NCBI GenBank assembly: GCA_002269645.1
Contig: NIVC01000535.1
Location: 62,001 to 126,000 of the forward strand
Direction: 5' to 3'
Source of the DNA: Macrostomum lignano
Taxonomy: Eukaryota
Length of the DNA stretch: 64,000 nucleotides
Position 1 is the first letter of the stretch. Every line of letters begins with the position of its first letter. Shown piece after piece: positions 24,431 through 36,932 of the stretch. Under the pieces are notes generated by a model. That model did not search any database. It saw only the letters and a program-made list of their open reading frames with translations, and was not told where the DNA came from. Position numbers and translations under genes: made by a program.

Positions 24431-24797
24431 TCAGTCGAGACTGTCCATGCGGTACCAGTGAACAGCGGGGTCGTACACGAACAGGCTTGCCGCAGCTGGC
24501 TGCAGCTCCATACTGTCCAACCAGCGATAGATCGACTCTACTCGGTCAGTCGGCATCAGCTCGTTGTCCCGGATGTACTTCCGGACGCTGACGTAGGCTG
24601 GAGACGCGTCTGGATGCCGCCGATCGCAACTCCTGCCGTCTGGATCGTCCAGAGTGGCCGACAAAAGCGAGCCGGTGCCGCGGCCGAAGAAAGCCATCGG
24701 AATTTGACGGCTAGCTGGGATGCGCGGCTTGGACTGCGATACTGGATTAGGCTGCTGTTGTTGTTGCTGCTGGGGCCACAAGCCCACGTCCGTCAGA
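24431..24797 (-). CDS. probable terminal coding exon of an unidentified gene
   Basis: GC-rich open frame after acceptor cttcaccgcag|T; poly-Q then ..YVSVRKYIRDNELMPTDRVESIYRWLDSME..MDSLD*; no convincing upstream exon found. Confidence 0.4.
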
Positions 24798-27160
24798 CTG
24801 CGGTGAAGAGCAAGCATTGGAATGATAAGATAATCAATAATCAAGCATTTTAAGGTGGCTAGCAGATTGGTAACGGTTATAAATATCCATGGGTTCTAAA
24901 ATTGCCACATTAATTTGGAGTTCGTGAAGAGAGTCACATTGGTCGCTTTGATTCACCATAGCACGCATAGACAGCCCCAGCGAACTCACAAACCAACTTC
25001 ACTTGTAAATAGTGAACACTCAAAATAGTCTGACAACAGTCTCAGATTTTACCTTAAAGCGATGCAACTCAAACGACACCATTTATCAGGAAATAAATCG
25101 GAATCAGCTTAATTCCCTCGATCTACGCTGCCTGTCCCTCTGAAATTTCTCTGTAGTCTCCAGACTGCACTGCACCGATTGACCAAAAAGTCAATCAGCA
25201 ATTGTCCGAGTGGACTTGCCAGCTTCCAGCCGGACGCCATCTCGGAGTCTGTCATTTGGCGGATTATCGCGAGCGCACGAGACAGTTAAGCGATCCCTCA
25301 TCGTCTTTTCAATATATCCGGTCATTTTTTCACCATGGTTGTTGAGTAAAACGCTCTTTAGTATTACATCACTCTCACAAAGCCTTCTTGAAGAAAACCT
25401 GTATAACTCCGAGTTTCGCACCCATGAGGACCAACACCCAAGGCACAGAGAAAGCCCGACAGTTGTGGGATGATGTCACTGAATGTATTCCGTCAGGGTG
25501 CCCCACAGGTACTTGAACCGGATCCGTGAATTCCGCCTGAGAACAGCCGCATCTTAAGCACTTTAAGGTTTTTAACCGGTCTGCTTCTAGGCTATGCAGC
25601 TCTGTCTCGAAGAACGACTATTAATATAACAGTCTTAGTCTGGGCTTAATTGGATTGATGGAGCTTTGAAGGAGAATCGCCAGCAACTGAATCGAGGGGC
25701 CCAGCCAGGGATTTCACGGGACACTGTCACGCGCTCCGAAGGAACGCGAGGAATGCACTAGTGAGGACCAAAGAAGGAACATTGTCAGGGACTATAGACG
25801 ACACATTCTCAATTTAGCCATGCAACGAGCGATTTCTTTTCATCAACTGAAATAGAAATAGACATTCTAAAAATGCCATTTTTTCAGGCTCTACTCAATC
25901 ATGCTCTGCTCTGCTCAGGCTCAGGCTCTGGTTCCTAAGGGACTCTCAATGACTCGCAAAAACTGGAACTGCAAGCTGCACAAGAGTCAATTAGTTAGAG
26001 CAGCTGAACTGATCTCGCATGGAGTGGCAGGACATTCTCTTTCAGGCAAGAAAGCGACGGATATTGGGCATCGGGTAATGAGCCCTTCTACGGAGGATAA
26101 CTCACCTGCCGCCCAACGCACCTGCGTTGCTTATCATGCCGAACTTGACCCCCAGAGGGTCGCTTCCTGTGCTCGTATCGGAGATTCGTATCGTAGCTTT
26201 CACCGCTAGATAAATATAAATTGAGAAGACTAAAAGTTTGACAGAGCCGGGTATATATTAGATGGAAGTGAGGGAGAGGACACCCTGTGGCTAGCTATAT
26301 AAGCCGAAACACCGTGGCCCAGTTTACGTAGATATACTTAGGCGGGTGACTCAACTTGTTGTGTTGGGTCTACTCAACTTGCGCTCAACGGGGCATTCAC
26401 TCTCTCCCCCCTGTCTCTCTCTAAGTATCTGTGAGTTGGGCAGCTTGCAGCAATTATTTTCTGGCTGTTTTTTGCACTGCTCCTATTCTGCACTGTTCCA
26501 TGTGCGCTGGCTAAAAACAACTCCGGTGTAGTCAAGCTCAGCTTCTCATTCTCGTATCTTAAAGAATCAGACGTCATATAAAGCGCATCAATCCGAGACG
26601 TTTTAGAAATTGGGCACGTTTTATGATTATGAAACAGTTCTTGGCATCTACTGATCACATAAATCAACTGTAACGTCAACAGCTAGCCAACGTTTAGACT
26701 TGTTTTTTATGTCAAGACGTCTACAATTTGTTAAGGACAGTGAGCTATTTTACTTAAGCATTTTGCCAAGTTTCTGATCTGCAATATTCATTGTTTAGCA
26801 ATTTGACGATCATTATTCACATTATTTATGCAGAACAATACATTAATACAAACAATGCATTGTGTGCAGGATCGTCAAGCAGCATAACAATGCAAAGAAT
26901 CAGCGGTCGCAGCGCGTGACACCGATTTGTCACGATTTGTCACGATTTGTCCTACCGGCGCTCGCCAGATTGTTAAATTGGCTGCTTCACAAACCCCCTT
27001 TTGAGCCATAGACAATGAAAAGAAAGTTTTAAGGGCTTTATTCTGCCTCAGGATTAAAGGTTTCAGTCGACTTAGAAGATGTTTTATTATCTATGCAATA
27101 GTAGTCCTTGGCATTGAAAGAGTCTGCATGTGAAAATCTGAAAAAGCAAAACGGAATTAT

Positions 27161-30100
27161 TTAGACATAGAAGATGCCCTCGCAGGACGTCGGCCGAGCC
27201 ATGTTGGAGCCAGCAGGACAGCCAAATGTCTGCGCGAACTCCGGCATTGTGGACAGGATGCCGTTTACCCTGGAATGGTGGGGAAGTGAGCGATTGACTG
27301 AGTGAGTGAGTGAGTGAGTGAGTGAGTGAGTGAGTGAGTGAGTGAGTGAGTGAGTGAGTGAGTGAGTGAGTGAGTGAGTGAGCGACTATCGAAAGCAGTA
27401 GAGTTTTTATTCCAGTTTCTTGAACATCGACTGAGAACGGTGATGCGATAGATGCTATACCATCAGACAGATAATATTCTTCGGAGCCACACTACTTTCA
27501 GTAGACATATCAGAGTTTTACTCATGCATATCTGCAATAGTAAAATACTTATACACTTAATTTTGGCTCACAGAGTTTCCTCTGGCAGGGCGCGCAGCGT
27601 TTCAGCCTTTGTGACGGAGTAGTCCGGATTGCGACTGTAGCACTGGTTCTGCAATCAGGAACAGGTGTTGAGTACAGGTAGTGAGGGACAGGTATTGAGG
27701 GACAGGTAGTGAGGGACAGGTATTGAGAGACAGGTATTGAGGGACAAGTAGTGAGGGACAGGTATTGAGGAACAGGTAGTGAGGGACAGGTATTGAGAGA
27801 CAGGTATTGAGGGACAAGTAGTGAGGGACAGGTATTGAGGGACAAGTAGTGAGGGACAGGTATTGAGGGACAGGTATTGAGGGACAGGTATTGCGGGACA
27901 GGTATTGAGGGACAGGTATTGAGGGACAGGTATTGAGGGACAGGTATTGAGGGACAGGTATTGAGGGACAGGTATTGAGGGACAGGTATTGAGTATTGAG
28001 GGACAGGTAGTGAGGGACAGGTATTGAGGGACAGGTATTGAGGGACAGGTATTGAGGAACAGGTATTGAGGGATAGGTATTGAGTATTAAGGGACAGGTA
28101 TTGAGGGACAGGTATTGAGGGACAGGTGTAGAGGGACAGGTATTGAGGGACAGGTATTGAGGGACAGGTATTGAGGGACAGGTATTGAGGGACAGGTGTA
28201 GAGGGACAGGTATTGAGGGACAGGTATTGAGGGACAGGTATTGAGGAACAGGTATTGAGGGACAGGTATTGAGTATTAAGGGACAGGTATTGAGGGACAG
28301 GTATTGAGGGACAGGTGTAGAGGGACAGGTATTGAGGGACAGGTATTGAGGGACAGGTATTGAGGGACAGGTATTGAGGGACAGGTATTGAGGGACAGGT
28401 ATTGAGGGACAGGTATTGAGGGACAGGTATTGATGACAGGTATTGATGACAGGTATTGAGGGACAGGTATTGAGGGACATCCCGAAAGAGAACGAAGGTA
28501 GAATTCACCTGCGCCCAGGCCAAGAAGAATGTCTGCTGTTGATTCCAGCTGGCCAGAGGCAGCGGCAACTCGGTGTCACTTCTCAACCGCAGGTAGGTCC
28601 GAATCGACAATCGAAGGCCGTCAGCAGCGGCAATGATGTTGCGTAGGTGGCGCACAAGTAAATTTTCAATGCTCACCTGGCAGGAAATGCAAAATGGATG
28701 TTGTAGGAATTTATTGAGTCCTTTTCCTAGCATCCGAGTAAGCTTACCAGTATTAGATGCTAACGTTTGAGCAATGGTGTTACATTGACAGACTACCTCA
28801 TTGTTATCTCAATAAACTACCTCATGGTTACCTTAATAGACTTACGTATTTCGGGCCACTCTGTGTCGGATAGGGCCCGGCCCGCATGGCTGAGAAGGTC
28901 CGGTTCAGGCAGGAGGCCTTCTCTACGTAGCCCAGGTAAGTCTCCTGCCGCGACCACATCGGGTTCATGGCTCCGGTCTTGTCAAACAGCTGGCCTGTCA
29001 CGGAAAAAGAAGGAAGGAAGGGTGTTCGAGCTTTTTACAGTTGAAATTGCGCTGATTGGTTATTGAGGGACAGATGAATATGTGGCAGCCAATCAGAGTT
29101 CTCGACTACATTCTCGTCCCGATCGATATTAAAACCTAGCAGAGATAGTATATTCTATCAGGCTGTTTTAAAGATGAATCCGAAATTGCTTTCAACCACC
29201 TCGTGGTATCTTCAATAACCACCTCATGGTATCTTCAATAACCGCCTCATGTTACCTTCAATGACCGCCTCATGTTATCTTCAATGACCGCCTCATGGTA
29301 CCTGTCTATTTGCAAAACAAACAATTTCACTCACCGGTGGCGTCGATGGACTTCACCAGTTCGGCGCCGATTTTCTCGCCAAGGGTGGCGAAGTTCACGT
29401 AGTCCGGCAGGCCGCGACCGTAGTAGGGCCACTGCAGCGACCCGGCCGGGATGGTCAGGCGCACCAGCTGGTTATTCAAGTGCAGATTGGTGTCGTAGGT
29501 GGAGCCGTCCCATTCGCTGCGGTCCGGCTGCTTGCCAATACGGCTGCTCTGGTACTGCAGGTGAAAAGCTTGCCGATTGATGGCCAGCTGCAGTAAGTAG
29601 TCGTTGTCGCCGATGCTGAGCTGCTCGATAGGTTTGGTTAAGAGAAGTTTTTATATACGGAGAGAATGCTTTATAAAATGACTCGTGACTTTAAATTTCA
29701 TTTTTCCAGTGGCAGATCAAATACCGTTTTGTAGAATGCGTCCAAATATGAATCGGACACCTCTGTCTCCGAATATCCTATGAAATCTCTGATGCCGCCA
29801 ACTTTCTCCTTAGCTTTGGACTTCTCTTCATTTGACAGCCAGGTGAGACGATCGATAGACGAAGTCAGCTCATCCTGCAGGGCCTTGTACATGCTGTCGA
29901 CCTGTAATGACCAGTATTCAGTATCTGACACAGGGTCTTCAGTGTCTTGACACAGAACCGTCTGTAGCTATCTGACACAGGGTTTTCAGTGTCTTGACAC
30001 AGAACAATCTGTAGCTATCTAAAACAGGGTCTTCAGTGTCTTGACACAACCATCTGTAGCTATCTGACACAGGGTCTTCAGTGTCTTGACACAGAACCAT

Positions 30101-31445
30101 CTGTAGCTATCTGACACAGGGTCTTCAGTGTCTTACACAGAACCGTCTGTAGCTATCTGACACAGGGTCTTCAGTGTCTTGACACAGAACCATCTGTAGC
30201 TATCTGACACAGGGTCTTCAGTGTCTTTACACAGAACCATCTGTAGCTATCTGACACAGGGTTTTCAGTGCGTGACACAGGCTATTACGAGTTACACAGG
30301 CTCGGAGAATTCCATGTTCCTTCCCAACTGCACTTGAGACAGCCAAAATAAACGTGTCTGCACTCACTTCTCCCTTGACAGAACTCGACAAGTGATCAGC
30401 CACAAACAGAGCGCTGACAGCGTGCCGCATCCAGTGACGCGTCTTTCTGTAGCAATAGTCAAACCTGTTCTCAAACGCATACGCTTGCGTTGCAATCACC
30501 AATTGGAACTCGCGTTTGGCGTGAACGTAACCGCTGGACAGGTCTCCGACGTGACGACTGATGATGCGCCAGTTGATATAGTTACTCAGCTTCCTGTCGA
30601 TGTAGACAATGTTCACTGGCTAGGATTCCAAATGATTTGGTAATTACGAGTACTTAGGGTACTTTCAGCGGTCCTTGAACAAACCTTTTCGACTGGGTTG
30701 GATCTGCCATCAGCTGGCGAATGTACTGGACCATCTTGACCAGGTAATCGGGGTCCTGTACAGCTACACTTGATGGTGCATTTGAGCCAAAGGCCGTCCT
30801 AAAGAAGTCGCTCCACTGGATTGGTTGGTAAGTGAAGTCCATGGACCTGAGAGCTACAAGGTTGCTCGGATCCAGCGGTGGCTTCTCGGGACTCGCAGCG
30901 TCCTGCGCAATCTAGAAGGAAAGGGTCGTGGATTTGAACTGGTTCGATGGGTTCAAGAAGACTTTGAGTGAGTTCAAGAAGACTTTGAGTAGGTTCAAAG
31001 AGACTTCGAGTGGGTTCAAGATGGCTTATCGAATCTTTCCTCCTCTTACCCTGGCCAGTTCCGTTTCAACCTCCATCACATCGACCACAAAGGTGTCCAC
31101 CCGCGACAACGCTCCTGACTGGTCGAGCTTGCCGGGCTCAGTGTCAGCCTGCAGAAAGGCGGCCACGGTCCGAATGTAGGTGGAGTAGGCTTGCCGGTGC
31201 TTGGCGCTCGTCTCCTGTGGTTGCGTAGGCGATGATGAATAGCGGTCACGTGATTAGGGGAATGGAGCTCTCAATTACTTAAGCGACGAGACGCCTGCTA
31301 AATAGAAATCACCTGCTTACATCGCTTGACAAGTAAGACGAAGTTCGCATTTCGATTCCACCGCGATTGATCTGAAAAAATAAATTAGTACTTTAATTAA
31401 AAGTTATTCGGGCCGACAGGAAACAGGGGAGGATTGAAGACTATA

Positions 31446-31479
<34 letters not shown>

Positions 31480-31480
31480 A

Positions 31481-31517
<37 letters not shown>

Positions 31518-32515
31518 TGATTACACCTGCCCTAATGGCGAGATGTGCAACCGACAGCTCAGCCGCAGCTATTGCGCGGCGCATCTGAAGGCTGCGTACG
31601 GCTGTTCAGTCCAAGGACTGGGGGGTCGCCACACACACCCTAAAAAAGTAGGCTTTTTAACACCGCCATAAAATCAGATGACTGACACAAGAGGCACGAA
31701 AAAGTATGTACAAGCCGACTAATCCCACAAAATAAGGGCTCATTTAATGGCACTTCATCCCAGGAGCTCAAATGTCTCACCGAAATTGTGTACTTGTCAT
31801 TGTCTAGGAAGTTCTCGGTCAACAAGTACTCAAAGAAGACATCGGCACCGTACTCCAAATAGGCCTGGGAGATCATCGAATTCAAGTCGAACTGATCGAC
31901 ACTCGACGCATTCAGCAGGTAGAGGTTGGACGACAGGAACTGGGCGAGGATGCCTCCCCGAAACCGCTCGGTGATCAAGTCGTTGGTGCAGATTTCAAAT
32001 AGTTTCTTCACCTTGCGCTCGTAGGAATCGGTCGTGTTCCGTCTGACGGGGCTGCGCAGAATCTCTTCAAGCCGGTCCTCGTTCTCTCTGCTCAGCTCGC
32101 CGGGGATGGTCCTCTCCTGCACTCCCGGATTCAGGCGCATGATGTACGGCGCCAGGCCGCACGCGTAGCTGTAAAAGTCTTCGCACGGGCTCGCTGTTAC
32201 GTTCGCCAGGGCTACGCTGGAGGCTGCGCGCAGCAGGCACGGCTGGCTCTGACAGGTATTGCCGAGTTCCATGCCTCCGCCGGCACCTCCGCCACCTCCT
32301 CCGTGAGTGGCCGCCAAGGTGATGATCAATATGAACATGACGAATGTGACGCCGACAAGTACATTCTCTAGCAGAGTGTGGTTGTTGGGATCCAGTTGGT
32401 ACTTCACTCGCTGCCACAGGTCCCCGCTGTTGCCGCTGCCGGAGCCGCCGCCGCCGCTGCCGCCGCTGTTGCGGGAGGTGTCGAATTCGACATTGATAGA
32501 TTCCGCACTCGCCAT
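27161..32515 (-). CDS. neprilysin/ECE-like M13 family type II membrane protein, predicted catalytically inactive, ~789 aa; exons 32515-31781, 31371-31321, 31214-31050, 30911-30685, 30593-30368, 29901-29725, 29620-29335, 28994-28846, 28676-28509, 27648-27572, 27269-27161
   Basis: N-terminal TM helix, C..S.C..A / PCEDFYSYACG, KLSNYINW, IPAGSLQWPY, FFLAWAQNQC, VNGILS..EFAQTFGCPAGSNM; 10 GT-AG introns all phase-consistent; AATAAA on minus at 27088-27083. Confidence 0.92.
27297..27382. repeat. (TGAG)n microsatellite in M13 intron 10
   Basis: pure tetranucleotide tract. Confidence 0.95.
27665..28478. repeat. 14-bp minisatellite in M13 intron 9
   Basis: GGGACAGGTATTGA, >50 copies. Confidence 0.95.
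29921..30275. repeat. ~47-bp minisatellite in M13 intron 5
   Basis: TATCTGACACAGGGTCTTCAGTGTCTTGACACAGAACCATCTGTAGC units. Confidence 0.9.
31480..31637 (-). mobile_element. 5'-truncated SINE fragment (family A) with (ATT)n tail
   Basis: 31517-31637 nearly identical to 37243-37372; shares GTGTGGCGACCCCCCAGTCC..GCCTTCAGATGCGCCGCGCAAT with the element at 49801; (AAT)n tract 31480-31516. Confidence 0.75.
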
Positions 32516-32925
32516 GGTAGACCTGAGTTCGATGAGCGCGATTCGTTTTCCGATTTTATTTTATTCAACTCACCCCAATATAAACTCGTTCGCCTTCTCA
32601 ATCTTCAGGAGCAGAGTTCGTTTCTGCTTATCTTTGGCCCGAATGAAGATTGAGCAGCTGCCCGCTTGCTGGCTTCTACCCGGGCGCAGATAAGGCGGGG
32701 CTGAAGTTGGTCCCTCTGTGCCATTCTGCACCACAACTCCTCCTCAGCTCTCCATTATCAGCATTCGACAAAAATACTTTCGATTCTCTAACCAGTTTTA
32801 CGAGTATGTACACCAGTCCGTTAACGCAGTTACGCGATTTTATACCGAGAAAAAAGTTCTGAAAAATTTCACTGGCTCCAACTATGATAATCGCGCATAG
32901 TGGAACAATTCGGAATCGTCAAGAC

Positions 32926-33192
32926 CAGGGGTAGACAATCTCCGGCCCGCGGGCCACATGCGGCCCTTAAAGCCTTTCTATCCGGCCCATTCCGTGTCCT
33001 TTGAAACTTCACAATGGCAATCCGGCCCGTCCAAGATGTGTCTCTTCTCAGCTCACTTCGATCTCCAATCTCTTCTCTCCTCTTCTCTCCTTTCCTTTCC
33101 TCTCTTCTTGTCTCCCTTGTCTCCCTTCTCTACTGTTCTCTGCACTAGGTTCTCTCTATCTGGCCCTTGGGGTAAAAACTTGCCGACCCTTG
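32926..33192. mobile_element. non-autonomous hAT (Charlie-like) MITE, 267 bp
   Basis: Starts CAGGGGTAGACAATCTCCGGCCCGCGGGCC, ends ..AAAAACTTGCCGACCCTTG; perfect 8-bp TSD GTCAAGAC at 32918-32925 and 33193-33200. Confidence 0.88.
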
Positions 33193-33876
33193 GTCAAGAC
33201 GGAGTGCATGTAGGTTTTTAATGTGCACTCAACAGCATTCAAAACCATGACAATGCATTTAAAATTAACTAAGGTAACGGTTTCCACACGGTGCCGAGAA
33301 TTTGCGATCAGACCTTTACGCAAAATAATACTGATCAAATAATGACAAGTCAAAACTTACATGTACTTATTAGTTCCCATTCGCTAGAGAGGTACAATTA
33401 ATTGCCAGCAGATATTATGTGTATTAGAAGACAATAAAGTAAAGCTGAGAAGCTGAATATGCACAAGAAAACAAGATTTACCCAGTTTTTATACACAAGT
33501 GCCACTCCGCACATATCGTGAGTAGTCAATGAGACTATAACTTCTCATTCAAAATTCAACCCAGGAGTTACGCAACTACGCTGTGAGGCCGCATCCTTTT
33601 CAAAAAGGCTTTTACTTGGTGTTTATGTACATATTGATGCACATTGAAAAATGAACACAGAAAACCATTGTAAATATACACTTTCAGCCAGACGCCATGG
33701 CAAGTTTTGGCCATTACTCCATAGTTGCTCAACAATGTACTTTTTACCCCATGTACAAATTTCATCACGTGACTACTTTCCCGCGTTTATTATCTGTCCA
33801 CCCTTAGTTGTCTTGCATTTGCGTGAAACAAGTGTGGAATAAAGACATCTGTGCTGGAATAATACAAGTACAATGG

Positions 33877-34392
33877 TAGATTGTGTCTATGACTTTAGGG
33901 TCAGACAATTGTAGATTGTGTCTATGGCTTTGGAGTCAGACAATTGTAGATTGTGTCTATGGCTTTAGGGTCAGACAATTGTATATTGTGTCTATGGCTT
34001 TGGAGTCAGACAATTGTAGATTGTGTCTATGGCTTTGGAGTCAGACAATTGTAGATTGTGTCTATGGCTTTGGAGTCAGACAATTGTAGATTGTGTCTAT
34101 CGTTTTGGAGTCAGACAATTGTAGATTGTGTCTATCGCTTTGGAGTCAGACAATTGTAGATTGTGTCTATGGCTTTGGAGTCAGACAATTGTAGATTGTG
34201 TCTATGGCTTTAGGGTCAGACAATTGTATATTGTGTCTATGGCTTTGGAGTCAGACAATTGTAGATTGTGTCTATGGCTTTGGAGTCAGACAATTGTAGA
34301 TTGTGTCTATGGCTTTGGAGTCAGACAATTGTAGATTGTGTCTATCGTTTTGGAGTCAGACAATTGTAGATTGTGTCTATGGCTTTGGAGTC
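33877..34392. repeat. 35-bp minisatellite
   Basis: GATTGTGTCTATGGCTTTGGAGTCAGACAATTGTA, ~14 copies. Confidence 0.95.
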
Positions 34393-35156
34393 ATTGGAGT
34401 CGTCCTGGTGGTTCTAGTCGTCCCTGTGACTTTGTTTTCAGCTCAGTGTCTTTGTGTCGTAAATTTAATTGCAGCGATGAAACTATGGAAAAAGTATTAC
34501 TTTCAAGCTTCCGTCAGGACCCACGAGGGGATCCGCGCTCGTAGTCAGTGACTTCTCATGGCTAACTTTATGCGTACACGCATCGCGAGTGAGCATCCAC
34601 GTTTATTCATCTCGCATCCAGCTAAAATTTGCCACTCTATTTTGTCGCCAATGAATGCCTCCCCAGCTAATGGGTTTCCTAAGCTTTCCTCTGGCGCACA
34701 GCGCATTTCAAACACAATGGAATTGTCGGAAAAGCAGCTTAAGACTCCTCATAGGCTTCTTTATTAATTATTGAGGAATCCGCAGAAGCAAAAAGCGGAA
34801 TGCGGAGCCCATCGGGAATAATTGAAGAGCAGCCAGGAGCTCTGGCGCAACTTACTCGTCTGGAAAGTAGGCATCGCCCCCCTCATTTGCTTTTGAAGCA
34901 TTCTGGCTACTTTTAGAGTAGCTGCCTCTACCTTATCCAAGGTCTTCTATTTCTTATTTACAGTTCTGGCGTCATGACAACGGAAGATGTGGGAAGAAAC
35001 TTCGTCAATTTCTGACTGGGAAACCGCGACGCTTTTATTATTCTCGACAACAGATGCGAGAAGACTGTTTAAAAAGCAAGTTGGGAAGAGCTAGAGCCAG
35101 GAAGAGAGAAAACTTGCTGGCAACTTCAATACAGGCATCCGATGGTTCAATCTAAA

Positions 35157-36179
35157 ATGAAACTTAGCTGGAATCCGGTTTGGATTCTGTTATTCGCTGC
35201 AGCTGCGGCTGCTGACGCCACAACTGTCCGCATGCGCTCCGAGCCGGTCTGCTCAGAGGCTGTCCTTAACAGCAGCGCCGCCATCGCTGCCGCACCCACC
35301 GGCTCGCCAACCGAACTTCGTGAGCTCTCCGGCATCAGCCACGCTCGTGTGTGCTCGGTGGAGTGCGCGGTCTGGCCGCAGTGCACCGTCGCCATCTACT
35401 GGCCCGAAAACCGGACCTGTTTGGTCGGCAACCTCGGAGCTTGGCAGCCTTGCCGTGTCCAACCGCTGGCGTGGACCCGCACGCCGACCCCGCCGAAGTC
35501 TTTGCTGTCGCGACTGCTCGGACTGTACAATTTCCGGTTCGGTTTGGACAATCTGGTGGCGGGGCTGGCGCCCGGAACTGCTCTGCCTGCGGCGAAGCCC
35601 ACGCCCTCGGCTAATTTTGTCTATGGCCGAGGTGTCCAGCTTGCTTCCTACATTTCTTACTTGGAGGTCAACCTGACGGGATTCGGGGGTCGACCGTTCA
35701 GCTCCACTGGTCAGGCCACTTTCTACGCCAGGGTTGTCCCCGACTTTTCAATCCCATCGTCATCGATGGGCGTCACTCTGCACACGATTCACAATAGCAG
35801 CTTCCTGCCTGACACGTTCAATCCGACTGGCAAGTGGTCTTTGGATGCACTTACTGGCAGCACAAGCTTTGAAGCTCACGATCTTTCGCCGCTTGTCTAT
35901 ACAATGAGCCCGGGCTTCGATCACTATTCGCCTGCCGGCACGGTGCACAGCTTCGCAGTGGTCTTCGACCCCGCCAACGGTGCCAGATTCTACCACAATG
36001 GAGCTTGGACACTCACGACGCTAACGACAGCGGCCGCGACCGCCCCCGCCTACGGCGAGGACGTCCTCCGAATCGGCCAAGACCAGGTGAAGCCATTCGG
36101 CGGCCTGTTCCTGTGCTACGCGGTGGCTGCTGACAATTTGACACTGACCGAGTTGCAGCAGCTGGATCAAGTCTGCTGA
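35157..36179 (+). CDS. intronless secreted protein with PAN/Apple-like and LamG/ConA-like domains, ~340 aa
   Basis: Signal peptide MKLSWNPVWILLFAAAAAADA; CSVECAVWPQC......C PAN pattern; LLGLYNF, HSFAVVFD..GARFYHNG, LRIGQD, LTLTELQQL LamG-like motifs; alternative in-frame ATG at 35142. Confidence 0.75.
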   Translation: MKLSWNPVWILLFAAAAAADATTVRMRSEPVCSEAVLNSSAAIAAAPTGSPTELRELSGISHARVCSVECAVWPQCTVAIYWPENRTCLVGNLGAWQPCRVQPLAWTRTPTPPKSLLSRLLGLYNFRFGLDNLVAGLAPGTALPAAKPTPSANFVYGRGVQLASYISYLEVNLTGFGGRPFSSTGQATFYARVVPDFSIPSSSMGVTLHTIHNSSFLPDTFNPTGKWSLDALTGSTSFEAHDLSPLVYTMSPGFDHYSPAGTVHSFAVVFDPANGARFYHNGAWTLTTLTTAAATAPAYGEDVLRIGQDQVKPFGGLFLCYAVAADNLTLTELQQLDQVC

Positions 36180-36932
36180 GTCCGATGTAGCCTTGTTGGA
36201 TGCTGATGCACTAAATACCGATAAAAGGCTATAATAGGGATGAAATACCTGTCCGAAATCCCGAGTCACCAGTAGTGCCAACCTGCGGCAATCACAAGAA
36301 TCTAATTATACCAAAAACATCCGATACGAAGGGCAAAAATTTCAAATAACGTTTCAAATTTGATGTCAATGTTATCAACAGTTTTAACCTGTCGATTTTG
36401 TTTAATCATCTTAGGCTAGTCTGTATTTCGTATAGCAGCAATCCCTATAGTTTTCTATTTTCGAGCTTTATTTTTACTGACTCTGAATTAAAAGATAGCT
36501 TGTACATGTACTTATCACTATGTCAATATGTGTTTTTAGATACGCTTCGCTTTTTAACGCAAAAATGTTTGCCTCTTGTCTTGGAGTAAAAAATTTCAGC
36601 AGTGCAACTTATCTGCGAGTTTTCATCCTTATTTCAGCAATTGATAAATACATAATCCTATTTTTATGACGCTTAATTTTGCGAGATATTACCACAAACC
36701 AAGGTCAAAGTCAGCTACGCAAAACATTTTGATAGAATAAGTGGTTCTTGTTTGCGCAATTTGTGACGCTTTTATATGACAGAAAGAAACTTACAGAACG
36801 TGACAATTGTACCAAAGAAACACAAGTACAACAAAATGCAAACTAGGCTAAGATGACGTCCATGACACGACAAATTTCAATAGTTATCGTTGTTGTCGTT
36901 TGTTTGCTGGAATAAACTCGCTAGGTTGCACG

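Noticed and set aside
25191-26209. Short ORFs as upstream exons of the 24431-24797 exon
   Set aside because: Frames close with stops and I found no phase-2 donor that joins them
27602-28480. Cys/Pro-rich repeat ORFs
   Set aside because: 14-bp array inside M13 intron 9; only 28676-28509 and 27648-27572 are exonic
6140-34392. CRISPR-like appearance of 30-47 bp repeats
   Set aside because: Units are head-to-tail with no unique spacers, no cas genes, eukaryotic context
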